A stretch of 64,000 nucleotides of DNA, from the NCBI GenBank assembly GCA_035221665.1, contig CM069134.1, forward strand, positions 25,730,001-25,794,000, written 5' to 3'. This document shows positions 37,114 through 49,734 of the stretch, one piece after another (the first letter of the stretch is position 1; each line of letters opens with the position of its first letter). A program made the translations under genes and the position numbers. This DNA comes from Okamejei kenojei. Taxonomy: Eukaryota. Under the pieces are notes generated by a model. That model saw only the letters and a list, made by a program, of their open reading frames with translations, did not search any database and was not told the origin of the DNA.

Positions 37114-38693
37114 CAGTGGCTTGCAAAAGTTTTCATACTCCTTGAACTTTTCCACATTTTGTCACGTTACAACCACAAACGTAAATGTATTTTATTGGGA
37201 TTTTATGTGATAGACCAACACAAAGTGGTGCATAATTGTAAAGTGGAAGGAAAATGATACATGGTTTTCAATTTTTTTTACAAATAAAAAACTGAAAAGT
37301 GTGGCGTGCAAATGTATTAAGCCCCCTTTACTCTGATACCCTAAATAAAATCCAGTGCAGCCAATTGCCTTCAGAAGTCACTTAATTAGTAAATAGAGTC
37401 CACTAGTGTGTAATCTAATCTCAGTATAAATGCAGCTGTTCTGTGAAGGCCTCAGAGGTTTGTTAAAGAATATTAGTGAACAAAGAGCATCATGAAGCCC
37501 AAGGAACACACCAGACAGGTCAGGGATAAAGTTGTGGAGAAGTTTAAAGCAGGGTTAGGTTATAAAAAAAAATCCCAAGTTTTGAACATCTCATGGAGCA
37601 TTGTTCAATCCATCATCCGAAAATGGAAAGAGTATGGCACAACTGCAAACCTACCAAGACATGGCCGTCCATCTAAACTGACAGGCCGGGCAAGGAGAAC
37701 ATTGATCAGAGAAGCAGCCAAGAGGCCCATGGTAACTCTGGAGGAGCTGCAGAGAACCACAGCTCAGGTGGGAGATTCTGTCCACAGGACAACTATTAGT
37801 CGTGCACTCCACAAATCGGGCCTTTATGGAAGAGTGGTAAGAAGAAAGCTATTGTTGAAACAAAGCCATAAGAAGTCCCGTTTGCAGTTTGCCACAAGCC
37901 ATGTGGGGGACACAGCAAACATGTGGAGGAAGGTGCTCTGGTCTGATGAGACCAAAATTGAAATTTTTGGCCTAAATGCAAAACGCTATGTGGGGCAGAA
38001 AACTAACACTGCACATCACCCTGAACACACCATTCCCACTGTGAAACATGGTGGTGGTAGCATCATGCTGTGGGGATGCTTTTCTTCAGCAGGGACAGGG
38101 AAGCTGGTCAGAGTTGGGACGATGGATGGAGCCCAATACAGGGCAATCTTGGAAGAAAACCTGTTAGAGTCATCTTCCAGCAGGACAACGACCCTAAGCA
38201 TACAGCCAGGGCTACATGGAATGGTTTAGATCAAAGCATATTCATGTGTTAGAATGGCCCAGTCAAAGTCCAGACCTCAATCCAAGTGAGAATCTCTGGC
38301 AAGACTTGAAAATTGCTGTTAACAGATGCTCTCCATCCAATCTGACTGCGCTTGAGCTATTTTGCAAAGAAGAATGGGCAAATATTTCAGTCTCTAGATG
38401 TGCAAAGCTGGTAGAGACATACCCCAAAAGACTTGCAGCTGTAATTGCAGCGAAAGGTGGTTCTACAAAGTATTGACTCAGGGGCCCGAATACTTTTGCA
38501 CGCCACACTTTTCAGTTTTTTATTTGTAATAAAATTTGGAAACCATGTATCATTTTCCTTCCACTTCACAATTATGCACCACTTTGTGTTGGTCTATCAC
38601 ATAACATCCCAATAAAATACATTTACGTTTGTGGTTGGAACGTGACAAAATGTGGAAAAGTTCAAGGGGTATGAAAACTTTTGCAAGCCACTG
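37114..38693 (+). mobile_element. Tc1 (DD34E) DNA transposon, Passport-like, full span 1580 bp
   Basis: TA duplication (37112-13 and 38694-95); ~210-bp TIRs beginning CAGTGGCTTGCAAAAGT; internal transposase. Confidence 0.95.
37492..38476 (+). pseudogene. Tc1 transposase, frameshifted
   Basis: MKPKEHTRQVRDKVVEKFK, GRPSK, WSDETK, VKHGGGSIMLWGCF, FQQDNDPKH, WPSQSPDLNPSENLW, AAKGGSTKY; deletion near 38170 and 1-nt loss near 38215. Confidence 0.93.
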
Positions 38694-39947
38694 TAGACGT
38701 GATATAGAGAGATATAGAACAAATGAATGAAAGCTATGCAAAAAAGAAACAATGATAATGGAAATGGTTCGTTGTTAGCTGGTGGGCTCGTTGAAAACGA
38801 GCCACATTTATGATGAGTTTGTAGAGTATGCATATTTGCCGTTTGTACTGATATTGCCAACAGCATCACAATGATATGTGTGACTGCAGAATTGCATTTG
38901 ATATTCCTTTGGCATTTCATGAGAAATACAATTCTCATGAAATAGCGGTTTTAAATGAAGTCTTTATACGCCTTTGAATGAAATATCTCTATCTCTGTTA
39001 GAAGAGTTTGGTATAGGTAAAATCAGACTTAGGGGGGTGGCTGATCAACTTTTGTACTGGAAAATGTCACTTCTGCAGAACCATGATGCTGAACCCTGCA
39101 CCCTCTGCCCTCTTCACCGACTTGCACACTGACATCCAAGTCTCACACTCATAAATAACATATTTATTCCCAGTCAGGCTTTGCACTCAGATTTGCAAAT
39201 ACTCATCTACACTCACAGTCAAGGCCTGCACATAAATAACGGCCATTTCTGAGAGACACTACAGGGTACTTTGTGTCTGTGGAGCTCTTCTCAGTATTTT
39301 AATACAGTGAAGATTATAGAAAGCACAAGCAAAAAACACTGTACGTTCTACAGCGTCACAGAATTAATCAAAAACTGCAAGCCATATTTCTCCACAGAAA
39401 ATGCTGTTCAATACATTAATTATTTAGAAAAGTATCTGTCAAATGAAAGTTTTTTGTAAAGGAGATTGTTCAGGTGTGACATGTTCCAGTTGGAGATTGT
39501 TAGCTGAAGTATTCTCTCTCCACCATTCATAAAGCTGTGGTATTCAAGCAGTCCATTATTTCTTAAGCACAATTGGGTTTATTCCCAGAGTATGATGTTG
39601 ACATTTCTTTGAGTAATAGATACTGTCTAATGATTATACTGGTAGAGCAGGAACTGAAACCCTAATTCTGAACCTGTGCCCTGTTTTAGATGTGCCTTCA
39701 GCTGACGTTGTAAAGTTGCAACCTGCATTAGAACAGAAATTACATTTTTTATTGTGTTCTGATATTCAACTGGGTAGATAATCTCATGAAATATAAATTG
39801 CATATCAGTGCTGTAAACGTGTACCAATAAAAAATAGGATCAATTAAATATTCTAATGATTTAAATCTAAACAGTTTTTTGCACTTTATGGTATGTATGG
39901 GACTTTATGGGACTTATTTATAACCAAGATGTGGTTGGCCAATTTAA

Positions 39948-40297
39948 GGGCGGCAATGTGGAGCAGCATTACAGTTGCTGCCTTATAGCACTTGCAGCGT
40001 CAGAGACCCGGGTTCGATCCTGACCATGGGTGCTGTCTGTACGGAGTTTGTACGTTCTCCCCTTGACCGTGTGGGTTTTCTCCGAGATCTTCGGTTTCCT
40101 CCCACACTCCAAAGACGTACAAGTTTGTAGGTTAATTGGCTTGGGTTTGTATACTTGGTACAAGTGTAAGTTGGCCCCAATGTGTGTAGGCTTGTGTTAA
40201 TGTGCAGGGATCGATGGTCGGTGCGGACTTGGTGGGCTGAAGGGCCTGTTTCCGCATTATCCACAGCGTTTCCACGCTGTATCTCTAAACTATACTA
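39948..40297 (+). mobile_element. HE1-type V-SINE, near full length
   Basis: B box GGTTCGATCC, V-domain, CR1-like tail gggctgaagggcctgtttcc...tatctctaaac. Confidence 0.85.
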
Positions 40298-40469
40298 ATT
40301 TAGTGAAATGGTTGTAGACGTTTATGTAAGTGAAATTCAGGTGAAAATTATTTTGCACTTTCCTGTCCTGTGACTCATAAAATTTAATTAAAGAGGGTTG
40401 ACAGATTGAACTAATATTACGAACTGAGAACTAGAATTAATTGAGAACATGCTCCATTTGAATAGATAT

Positions 40470-40612
40470 TAATTGGTAAGCATGTCAAGGGTTATGGGGA
40501 GAAGTCAGGAGAATGGGGTTGAGAACGAAAGTTAGTTCAGCCATGATTGAATGGCAGAGTAAACTGCCATGGACCGAATGGCCTAATTCTGTGCCTATGA
40601 GTTATGAACTTA
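40470..40612 (+). mobile_element. CR1 3' tail
   Basis: tcaagggttatggggagaag...cagccatgattgaatggc...gaatggcctaattctg. Confidence 0.65.
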
Positions 40613-41997
40613 CAACTTATGAAATCAGAAATCAGATTCCAAACTCAGTTTCAAGTGATTTTAAATTCACTTAGCAATTTCATTAATTTGCTATGAGAAA
40701 TTATCATAATATCCTTCCTGACAAAAATACTGAAATAATATTGAAAACGACGTATTTCAGACCTTCAGTTTCACTTTCTTCTGCTGGGAAAGAAGAATCT
40801 CAAAATGCCTAAAAAATGTTCATCCAATCAATTGATAGCCATGTAATGGTACGTTTCCATGCTGCAATCAAAGAAAATGTTAATTCTCTTCAGATTGGTT
40901 TTGTAATAAGTAAACATTGCTAGGAACACACTCCTAATGCGGGAAATAGGATTGTGTTGTAATGCTTACTGTTGGAGTTTCCAGTGCTAATTTTAGCATG
41001 ATATTCAATTTCAAGGAAATGGCCATGTAGGGAATCATAGTGATGTGCCAATTCACTGTTTCTCCATCCCACGGAAGTTTGCAGCGACGTTGTAGTACAA
41101 TGTTTGATGCCCAATTCTCTTATCAAATACCTAAAATGGAATAGTTTCCTCTGTAGGTAAAAATAACTTTTCCTTCACAACGTGGCAGAGATATTCTTGA
41201 ATGTTGCCACATCCTGCCTAATAGTTCATAAAACAAGATTTTGGAAAAAGAATTAAATCAAAAAGTGGATAATCAGTAATCACATTAATGTTTTCCCAGA
41301 CTAATCTCTGAGACATTTTGGCTTTCTATTTCCCATTTGTTTTGAGTGCTTGAAAACCCCTGTGTGATGGTACTGCTAAGATCAGAAGCTATCACAAGAA
41401 AAGTCTATTTCCTGTGACTTTATAGCACCTTTCAGTGTTCAGAACCCATAAATGCCTTTAATTTTATACAAATGCCTTTAAATTTAATTCCATAGAATAA
41501 AATGAAGCTACAGGCCTTCCCCGGGTAATAAATGGGTTCTGCTTTTACAGACACCCACACATCGATTTTGACTGTAAGTCAGCAATGCATAAAAATCGCT
41601 CAATATGGTAGCCATACCTCAACAGTCTAAAGCACATCGTTTGATAAGAAAGAACAATTACTAAAAGCAGAGACTGAGTGAGAACTAGTTCTGCCATTTG
41701 TGGGAACGGACATCGTATGTACATCAGACTTAATAATAGTATGAGACCTCCATTGGTAGGAGTGTAGCAGCCTTCATAAGTTGCAACTCCAGGGCAGCCT
41801 ATATCTGTGAAAGAATAAATAATTTGTAAATATGCTTTTGCAATCTCAAAATATCTCAAATCTTTTTACAGCAATGGAATACGCTTGCAGTATTTTGTAG
41901 TGTAGGAAGCTCAACGCACTCCCACGGACAGCAATGTCTCATTGGCCAGAAAATGTTTTTTTTTTAGTTTTAATGAGATATTTGATTGACTGGTGCA

Positions 41998-42275
41998 TGT
42001 TTCAGCTTTAGTGTATTGTCACATGTACCAAGGTACAGTGAAAAGCTTTTGTTGTGTGGGAACCAGTCAGCGGAAAGACAATACATGATTACAATCGAGC
42101 CATTCACAGTGTACAGATACATTATAAAGATAATAATGTTTAGTGCAGGGTAAAGCCAGTAAAGTCCAATCAAGGATAGTCCAAGGGTCATGCACGAAAT
42201 GGATAGTAGATAGGACTGCTTTCTAGTTGCAGTAGGGTGGCTCAGTTGTCTGATAAAGCTGGGAACAAACTGTCA
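41998..42275 (-). mobile_element. Rex1/Babar-like 3' UTR
   Basis: Matches ~7345-7620. Confidence 0.75.
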
Positions 42276-45200
42276 AGGACAGGATTTTGTTGGCCCGGTC
42301 TCATGTTTTTTATTGAAATAGTGAAATCTAGTCGAGAAAGCAGACAAGCCTTTGTTTAACTTCCAATCCGAAAGGAAGCACTTCTGATTTTGCTGCGTTC
42401 TGCACTGACGTTTCCTTTTGGATTTTCAATCACAGTCAAGAGACTCTGATCCACGGTACCAGTGGTGTTTGTTCTGCAAACAAATACATATACATGCGAC
42501 CCAAAATAACACCAATAGCTTTTTGCTTAATTTCTGCAAGAGCAATGCAGCAAACACCGCAACACCACTCTTTCCAGCAATCATGCATGTTTTTTTTTAA
42601 TGTGCTGACTTCATTCACTTTTTTAAAGTCATTATTGATTCCACCCCCACCACCATGTCAGGTAGAGTGCCCCAGATGCTAACCATTTATGAAAGAAGAT
42701 TTTCCCTCCTCTCATGTTAATTTCTTTTGCTATTCACTTTAAGTCTGTATCCAGGGTTCTTGTTTTTCAGCCAGTAGGAACTGTTTATCTCTCTATCTTT
42801 GTCTCGTCATTTATTACTTTGCACTCGCACATCTCTGCTAGATTTTGTGTACAGATACAACCAATCTCACTGTTCCTGGATCCGTTTTAGATCCATACTC
42901 TTTACATATTTTGCTACGTGTGTTCCTGCCAAAATTTTATGTTCCCCTTTCAGCGTTCTGTGCTCTCTTTCAGTCCGTCACAGTCTTCCGCTTTATTTAT
43001 AATACCTTCAGGTTTTCTGTTCATCTACATCTTTTGAAACTGCCACCTGTAAAACCAAAAGCATGCCATTAACGTATAAAGAGAAGCAATAGCAGTGAGT
43101 TCCATTCCCAGCGAATAGTACTGTCTGCTTTCTTATGACCTGGAAAAGTAGCGTTCACCACAACTGTTTTTTGTCATTAAACTAAATTCTTATCAATGCT
43201 TCCATTATCCTGTCCATTCCACCAGTTTCAGTCTTACTCATAAGTTTATTATATGGCTCTTTATGAACACTCTTTGAAAGTCCATACCACTTGAACTGCA
43301 CTGACCTCATCAATCCTCTGTTACCTGTGTCAAACTACTGGTTAATCACCATTTGTCTTTTAGAAATGCATGCAGGCTTCCATTAATTAATCAATTCTCT
43401 ACCGAATGACTGTTAATTTTACCCTGATTATTGTTTCCACAAGCTTCAACACTGCCGAGGTTAAAATAACAAGTCCACGGTTGCAAGGTTTAACCTGACT
43501 CTCCTTTTACACCAGGGCTATAAATTCGTCCTCTGGTCCTCTGACAACGCCCCTATTTCTTAACTAAGGCTAATGTCTCTGCAATTTTATTTTCGCTCCA
43601 CTTGGCATCTCCCCTTAGTAGAATGCCATCCAGACCTGATGGCTTATTTACTTTAGGTACACCGGGGACAGATGCATTTTTCGTAATAAAGGCAGATGTA
43701 AAGCATTAATTTAAAACTAAAGGCATGTCCCAGCCTCCATTATGTAGAAACAAAGAACTGCAAGTGCTGGTCCTTTCTCAACCCAAAACGTCACCTATCC
43801 ATGTTCTCCAGAGATGCTGCCTGACCTGTTGAGTTACTCCAGCGCTTCATGTCCTTTTCTGCCTCCATTAGTCATCCCTTCTGTGCATCTCTCCATCTAC
43901 TACCATTTTACTATCTTTATGGTGCAGAAGAATTCTGCAATTGCTTTTTAGGTCAAATAGTGGTCTAGTCTCCTAATCATATTTTACCATCCTCTGTGCT
44001 TCTCTTGCCTTTAAAAAAATCTATTTACTCTATCTTTTCTATCATCCAGGGAACTCTAACATGGTTATTCTAACTTGCAACCTGGTGTGAAGTTACCAAA
44101 ACCATGCACCATTAAAGGTTGCCCCTTGTTTTATTCCGCTTTCACTGCAAGTCATGGATTTGGGCCCAATCCGTGCAAGTGATTGTCACCCAACAATCTT
44201 TATACCAGCGTAACTAGGATTGGGTGACTACAGATAGAAGGGGCTGGCGGTAGAGATAAGTTTGGCATATAGACAAGTTTAATTAATCAGAAATATGGTT
44301 GAAAAGAGTGAAAAATAATAATTGGGACAGATTAAATGACAGAAAATAAATATTTAAATACTAAAGTACTTAAATGAGACGGTAACATTTCTATTTAATC
44401 CTTTATTTAGTAAGACTAAAATCTTTTAGTACTAACTACTTTTTTGTAGTAAGTAATCCATTTGTTGTTTTCTCACTCAAGCTTTGCAAACAAAGATATT
44501 CGTTTTTCTGTAACTCAAGTCAGATGAGCCTTGGATTAGGAGGCAGGCATAAGAGGGGCCTTTTAGAGGGAAGGGAAAATGGAGAGTATGGAACATTAAC
44601 TCATTTTCATTAGTTGTACCAAGAACAAAACCTTGAAAAGCCTCTGTGTACAAAAACTGTTATGCTAACTACGTTAAATAAATATTAGGTCTGAAATCCT
44701 GACGTGCAAGGCAAGATAAAGGCAAGTGTTTAAGGTTTAACAATTAAACTTCACAATCTGTACAACGCTTGTGCTGTGTATTATACATTTTATACATTGC
44801 ATTACTGAAGGTCCTACTCTGGAAAAGTATTATCTACTAATGCTTTTACATTTGATTTAAATTAATGGAGTAGTAAAGTTTCATCGTATTTGCTGTTTTA
44901 GTTAATGATCAACTCAGCACTAAGATAATTTTCCATTTAGCTGATAACTTTAGAATATTTGAACTACTTTAGATTATTAAAAAAGAGATATGTAGGCATT
45001 TAAAAAAAAACGGTTTTGAAAGTCTCCCATTTCTAGCTAGTAATTGTTTTGCAACTTATCTGAAGGCACTCAGGGTAAAGGGAATTTAGATATGCACATC
45101 TGTCTTTGTGCCCATCAGGTATCTTGGCCCTCTTACTTTTTCCAAGAGCTTCCTCAAATGAGCACAGCGGGATTTCTGTCAGTTGTAAGATTTATGTTAG

Positions 45201-45904
45201 TTCCTTCTTTTCTGAGAACAGTACTTTCAGCTCCTGACATCTGGATTCAATTGAGCAGACATTTAGTGGTTTGGAAAAGTTATCTCACAGAGAATAACAG
45301 TGCAGACAGGTCTGTGAGAAGACCAGGTGCCTTTTGGTTAAATAAGATGTACTGAGACAGGGTTACCCCAAGCACATTTTTGGAAAAAATACTATTTAGG
45401 AGATGAGAGTTGTAATTTGCAGCTTTTCGGAAAATCTGTCTTTCAAACAATCTTAAGATCTCTTTCTTGAAACTGGATGAAAAATACTTTAGCATTGTCA
45501 GACTTACTACAGTTGGCAGCGCATCTGTCTTTCTGTGCCAAAATCAATGTACAAAAGAGAAATTGATGGAATAAAGTCAGCACATGCATGTCACAGAGTG
45601 GAGTAATTATGTCACCCTCTAACTACCAGCCCTCTGACTCTGAGAAGGATCTAGATTTACTGTTTATGCCCAGAGGGTCCTCGTCCATGAACTTTACAAA
45701 CATCTCACTCATCCTGCAAACCTTTCACTCTTTCTTGTTTTGTTCAGCGTTGTCCTATAAAGAGAAGATAGATGGGCCCATTCTTCCAATGGAAGCAGCA
45801 CTTTGGATTAGGGTTTGTACTGTTTTAAAAACATGAGACATGTTCCTCACTTACCAACCCCTTCCAATAATATCACGCCAAGTGGTCAACGTTGTTTCAA
45901 TCGG

Positions 45905-46258
45905 TTCATAAGTTATAAGTTATAGGAGCAGAATTAGGCCATCAAGTCTACTCCACCATTCAATCATAGCTGATCTATCTTTCCCTCTCAACCCCATTCA
46001 CCTGCCTTCTCCCCATAACCCCTGACAGCCTTATTAATAAAGAATCTGTCAATCTTCACCTTAAAAATATCCATTGACAGCCTCCACAGTCTTCCATGAC
46101 AATGAATTCCACAGATTCATCGCCCTCTGATTAAAGAAATTCCTCCTCATCTCCTTTCTAAAAGTATGTGCTTTTATTCTGAGGCTATCTCTAGTCCGAG
46201 ACTCTCCACAAGGGAAACATCCTCTCCACGTTCACTCTATCCAGGCCTTTCACTATTC
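45905..46258 (-). mobile_element. CR1 3' fragment
   Basis: Matches ~19555-19895. Confidence 0.8.
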
Positions 46259-46261
46259 AGT

Positions 46262-46762
46262 AATGCTGGAGTAACTCAGCGGGGAGGCAGTATCTCTGGA
46301 GAAAAGGATTAGGTGACATTTCGGGTCGAGTCCCTTCTTCAGACTGAGAGTCAGGGGAGAGGGAAACTGCATTTGAACCTCTTCTTTACTGAGCTCCCCC
46401 CTTCTGGTGGGCGGTGGGCGGCGCGACTCTCGTCGCAGCGGCCTCTGCAGCCCGTCTGCCTTTTTTTATTTTTTGTCTTGTTTGAGTGTAGTTAGTGGGT
46501 TTTTTAGCGGGGGTTGGGGGGGGGGGGGGGCGGGGTGGGGGAAAGTTTTAAAATATTGGCTGCGGGACATTTACCATCGCCCGCCGGGGGCTTTGACTCT
46601 GACGTTGGGAGGAGAATGGGGAGAGCAGGGGAGAGATAAGACTTTGCCTTCCATCACAGTGAGGAGGAGATTCACTGTGATGGATATTTGTGTAAAATGT
46701 GTTGTGTCTTGGTTCTTTTCTTGTTTGTATGACTGCAGAAACTAAATTTCGTTTGAACCTCA
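46262..46762. mobile_element. PLE terminus (-, ~46262-46368) joined to a GC-rich repeat (~46372-46762)
   Basis: Reverse CTGAAGAagggactcgacccGAAATGTC; GC-rich block bracketed by tttgaacctc at both ends. Confidence 0.55.
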
Positions 46763-47029
46763 ATGTATTGTTCTGACTTTGTCAACATCCCCTGTCCAGC
46801 TTCCAATGTCAATCCTTTTGAACATCAGCATCATCAATGAAGTGAACTAACTTTTTGTTCAAAGTTTTAATCGATTTGCTCCTTGCAAGCTGGAAATTCT
46901 TGCTATTCTTAACACAGCTACAAACCCAGAAGTCTCAATGCAAATCCTTGTTCCTTGATGAACAACCTGGAACAATGCAAGGTACAGCAGAAGACCAGGC
47001 CTTTCAGCCCACAATGATGAGGGATGATT

Positions 47030-47330
47030 CGGGAGGTACTTGGAGAAATTAATATTCATACCTCTGGGTTGTAAGCTGCCCAAGCGAAATATGAGCTGTG
47101 TTTAGCCTCACTCTAACAGTGGAGGAGGCCCAGGACAGAAAGGTCAGAATGGGAATGGGAAGGGGAGTTATAGTGGTTGACAACCAGGAGGTGACATAGG
47201 CCGAGGCAGACTGAGCGAAGGTGTTCAGCAAAACGATCGCCGCGACTGCCTGCACTTGGTCTCGCCGATATATAGGAGTCTACACCTGGAACAGCGGATA
47301 CAGTAGATGAGGTTGGAGAGGGTGCAAATA
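47030..47330 (-). mobile_element. Penelope-like GIY-YIG endonuclease fragment
   Basis: Minus strand LIYCIRCSRCRLLYIGETK...LGSLQPRGMNINFS. Confidence 0.8.
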
Positions 47331-47854
47331 AAAAGAACTGTCGGGATCCCTAGTTTCAGCAATCTGCCCCAATCTGCCCTAACTCTTCATCATCCAAAGC
47401 CCTATCCCAAAGTGCCAATCCACACTTCATTTCAGTACGTTAAACATCTGTGCCTCTCACTCTGGTGTCACTTTGCTAGTCTGAAATTGGCATCTGAAAT
47501 ATATTTGACTGTAAAAGCATTGGAGGATTTACACCCCCAAGAAGTACTGGCCTTTACAGAATATTCTGGCGATTTTTGGGGGGATGAAGTTCAAAACCTC
47601 CACCATGCTTCAGAATAAAAATTAATTATTATAGTTTTCCAGAACAGAAACCTTGCTGTCAGCAGTTCTAACCTGCACATTAAGCAAATATGGAGGTGGC
47701 TACACTGACATTAAAGTAAAGCAACCAGGAACAAAGGGGAATTATAGATAGTTCTGGGCGTAGCCCAGACCATCACTTCTTCTTGCGTATGGTGTGCACA
47801 GCCTAAAGTTGTAGGACAACTTGTTCTATTTGATCTTATTTGAATGTGCACGCC

Positions 47855-47988
47855 AGCGCCTGGAGAAAACCCACGCAGTCACTGAGAGAATGTGCAAACT
47901 CCATACAGACAACACCAGTAGTCAGGATCGAACCCGGGTCTCTGGCACTGTAAGGCAGCAACTCTACTGCTGCGCCACCGTGCAGCCC
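47855..47988 (-). mobile_element. HE1-type SINE 5' part
   Basis: ORF-track signature HGGAAVELLPYSARDPGSILT corresponds to the tRNA head with A/B boxes. Confidence 0.75.
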
Positions 47989-48009
47989 CTCACAGACAGA
48001 ACCAAACAT

Positions 48010-49125
48010 CCTTGTGAACAATCAGAGGCATGCAGTGGTGAACAATGTTTGTAAACCTTGGCAGCACTCTCTCAAGATCATTCAGTGCAGTTTACCCTCA
48101 TAATAGCGGCCCTCTATGTAGCGGACTACGGTTACAGCAGACTGACACTCCTGTTGCATCCCCCCCACACCTTTCGCCAGGTTACCCATTGAGATGGCGA
48201 CACGTGACGTACTTCCAGTTGCGGGATGTGGAGAGCGAGCAGCATGAAGGCGGCGTGAGTAACGGACCCATCCCTGACGCACTGCGCGTGGGTCTGAGGG
48301 CTCTGCGATCCCCAGCCTGTGAATTCCCCCTTGTTTAAACTGCCAATGCCACGTTTCTTCCCTCCCGGCCTTGGGTTAAACTTTACCCCCCCGCACTCGG
48401 TTATAACGGACAATCGGCAATAACGGACACCGTCATCCTCCCCCCCCCCCCCGTGGTTGTTATTGCGAGGGTTTATTCTATTGATGATGAAGCCAACAAT
48501 AGGCTGTGCTTTCAGAAGACTGAGAAGTGAAGTGTGGGAACAAAGAGGAACCAGTCTAAAGACCAAGCTGAAAGTGTATTGTGTCTTGTCATTCCCATCT
48601 CACTCTATGCTTGTGAGACTTGGACATTGTACACAGACATGCCAGAGAGTTTCACCGCTTCCACATGACCTGTCTATGCAGAATATATCACATAGACCAG
48701 CCTGACGCGATCCCAGATGCATGGATTCTTCCCCAGTAAACCTCCGCAGCATCTACACATTGTTGAAAGAATCACAGATCAGATGGGTGGGACATGTCAG
48801 AAGAATGTCTGCTGACAGAATACCAAAGCCGCTACTTTATGGAGCGCTGACTGAGGGCAAACGATCACGTGGTGGACGGAAAAAGAGATTTTTAGAACAT
48901 TACTGAAGAGTTTCAACACTGACGCACGGCAGTGGGAATAACATCCTGCTTGGTGACTAGTGCCCTTCACACAAGGACACTAGCATGGAGGAAGCACTGC
49001 GATAAATAGTACCTCAAAATTCAAGAACCACTGATGCTACTACACCCCTGCACCTCTGCATGTTTTTGGAAGGAATTTTCAAACCCAGGTTGGTTTAATC
49101 AGCCTTCTCCGGAATCAATGCAGCC
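48010..49125 (+). mobile_element. RTE-clade LINE 3' fragment, interrupted by a MITE
   Basis: FVNLGSTLSR...IDDE, AFRRLRSEVW...TKLKVY, QIRWVGHVRRMSADRIPKPLLYG...GKRSRGGRKKRF. Confidence 0.8.
48088..48478. mobile_element. pogo/Tigger-like MITE
   Basis: Ends CAGTTTACCCTCATAATAGCGGCC and GGTTGTTATTGCGAGGGTTTATTC; flanks tg and ta; removing it restores the RTE coding context S-I-D-D-E. Confidence 0.65.
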
Positions 49126-49734
49126 AATCCAATGCACGATCAAAGCAGTATATCCACTCTGAAGGTGGCATAAGAAATTGCTGTCGAAAGGATCGGGAAG
49201 GTGTCCTGATTATATCTTCTGTTGACCATTGAGGTACTAACTATCTTCCCAGCTATGCAGCACAATGATCGGCTACTCTATGCCTATTCATGGTCCTCCT
49301 TCATTTATTTCATATATTGGAAATTAGAATGTGAAGTTAAGATGACAAGCTTCCTGCAGATAGTAAGAATGCTTAGTCTATGAACCCTGGTTACCCATTT
49401 ACCCCCTGGAGATAATGACTCTTCACCCACAGTAATGACCCCAGGCATCTTCCCACCAATTGCTCCTCTATCAGGACAGCTCCCACCCACATTACTCATG
49501 CTGTCGCTTCTGGCTCAGCACAAAATATTGAGCAGCATTCGCACCCAGCTGGTAAAGTTACCGTATTTGCATTTCAAAAATAAGGGGCAGTTTTCTCAGT
49601 ACGTTACTGCCAAAAGTAGTGTTTGACAACCTGCTAGTCAGGAGGTGTGGCTTAGCCAGCTGTCAAAATATTTTGTGGGTCACTGTGAATAGTATTCATC
49701 CCGGCTGGCAGCAGATGTCTCCACTTGAATGTTC

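Larger units (their letters stand above)
36949..38790 (-). mobile_element. PLE terminal element (intact hammerhead core 37051-37078) split by the Tc1 insertion
   Basis: PLE sequence stops at gagagataTA (37113) and resumes at TAgacgtgatatagagagatatagaacaaatgaatg (38694). Confidence 0.75.

Noticed and set aside
38914-38943. Perfect 12-bp inverted repeat atttcatgagaa / ttctcatgaaat
   Set aside because: Short and AT-rich with no supporting context.
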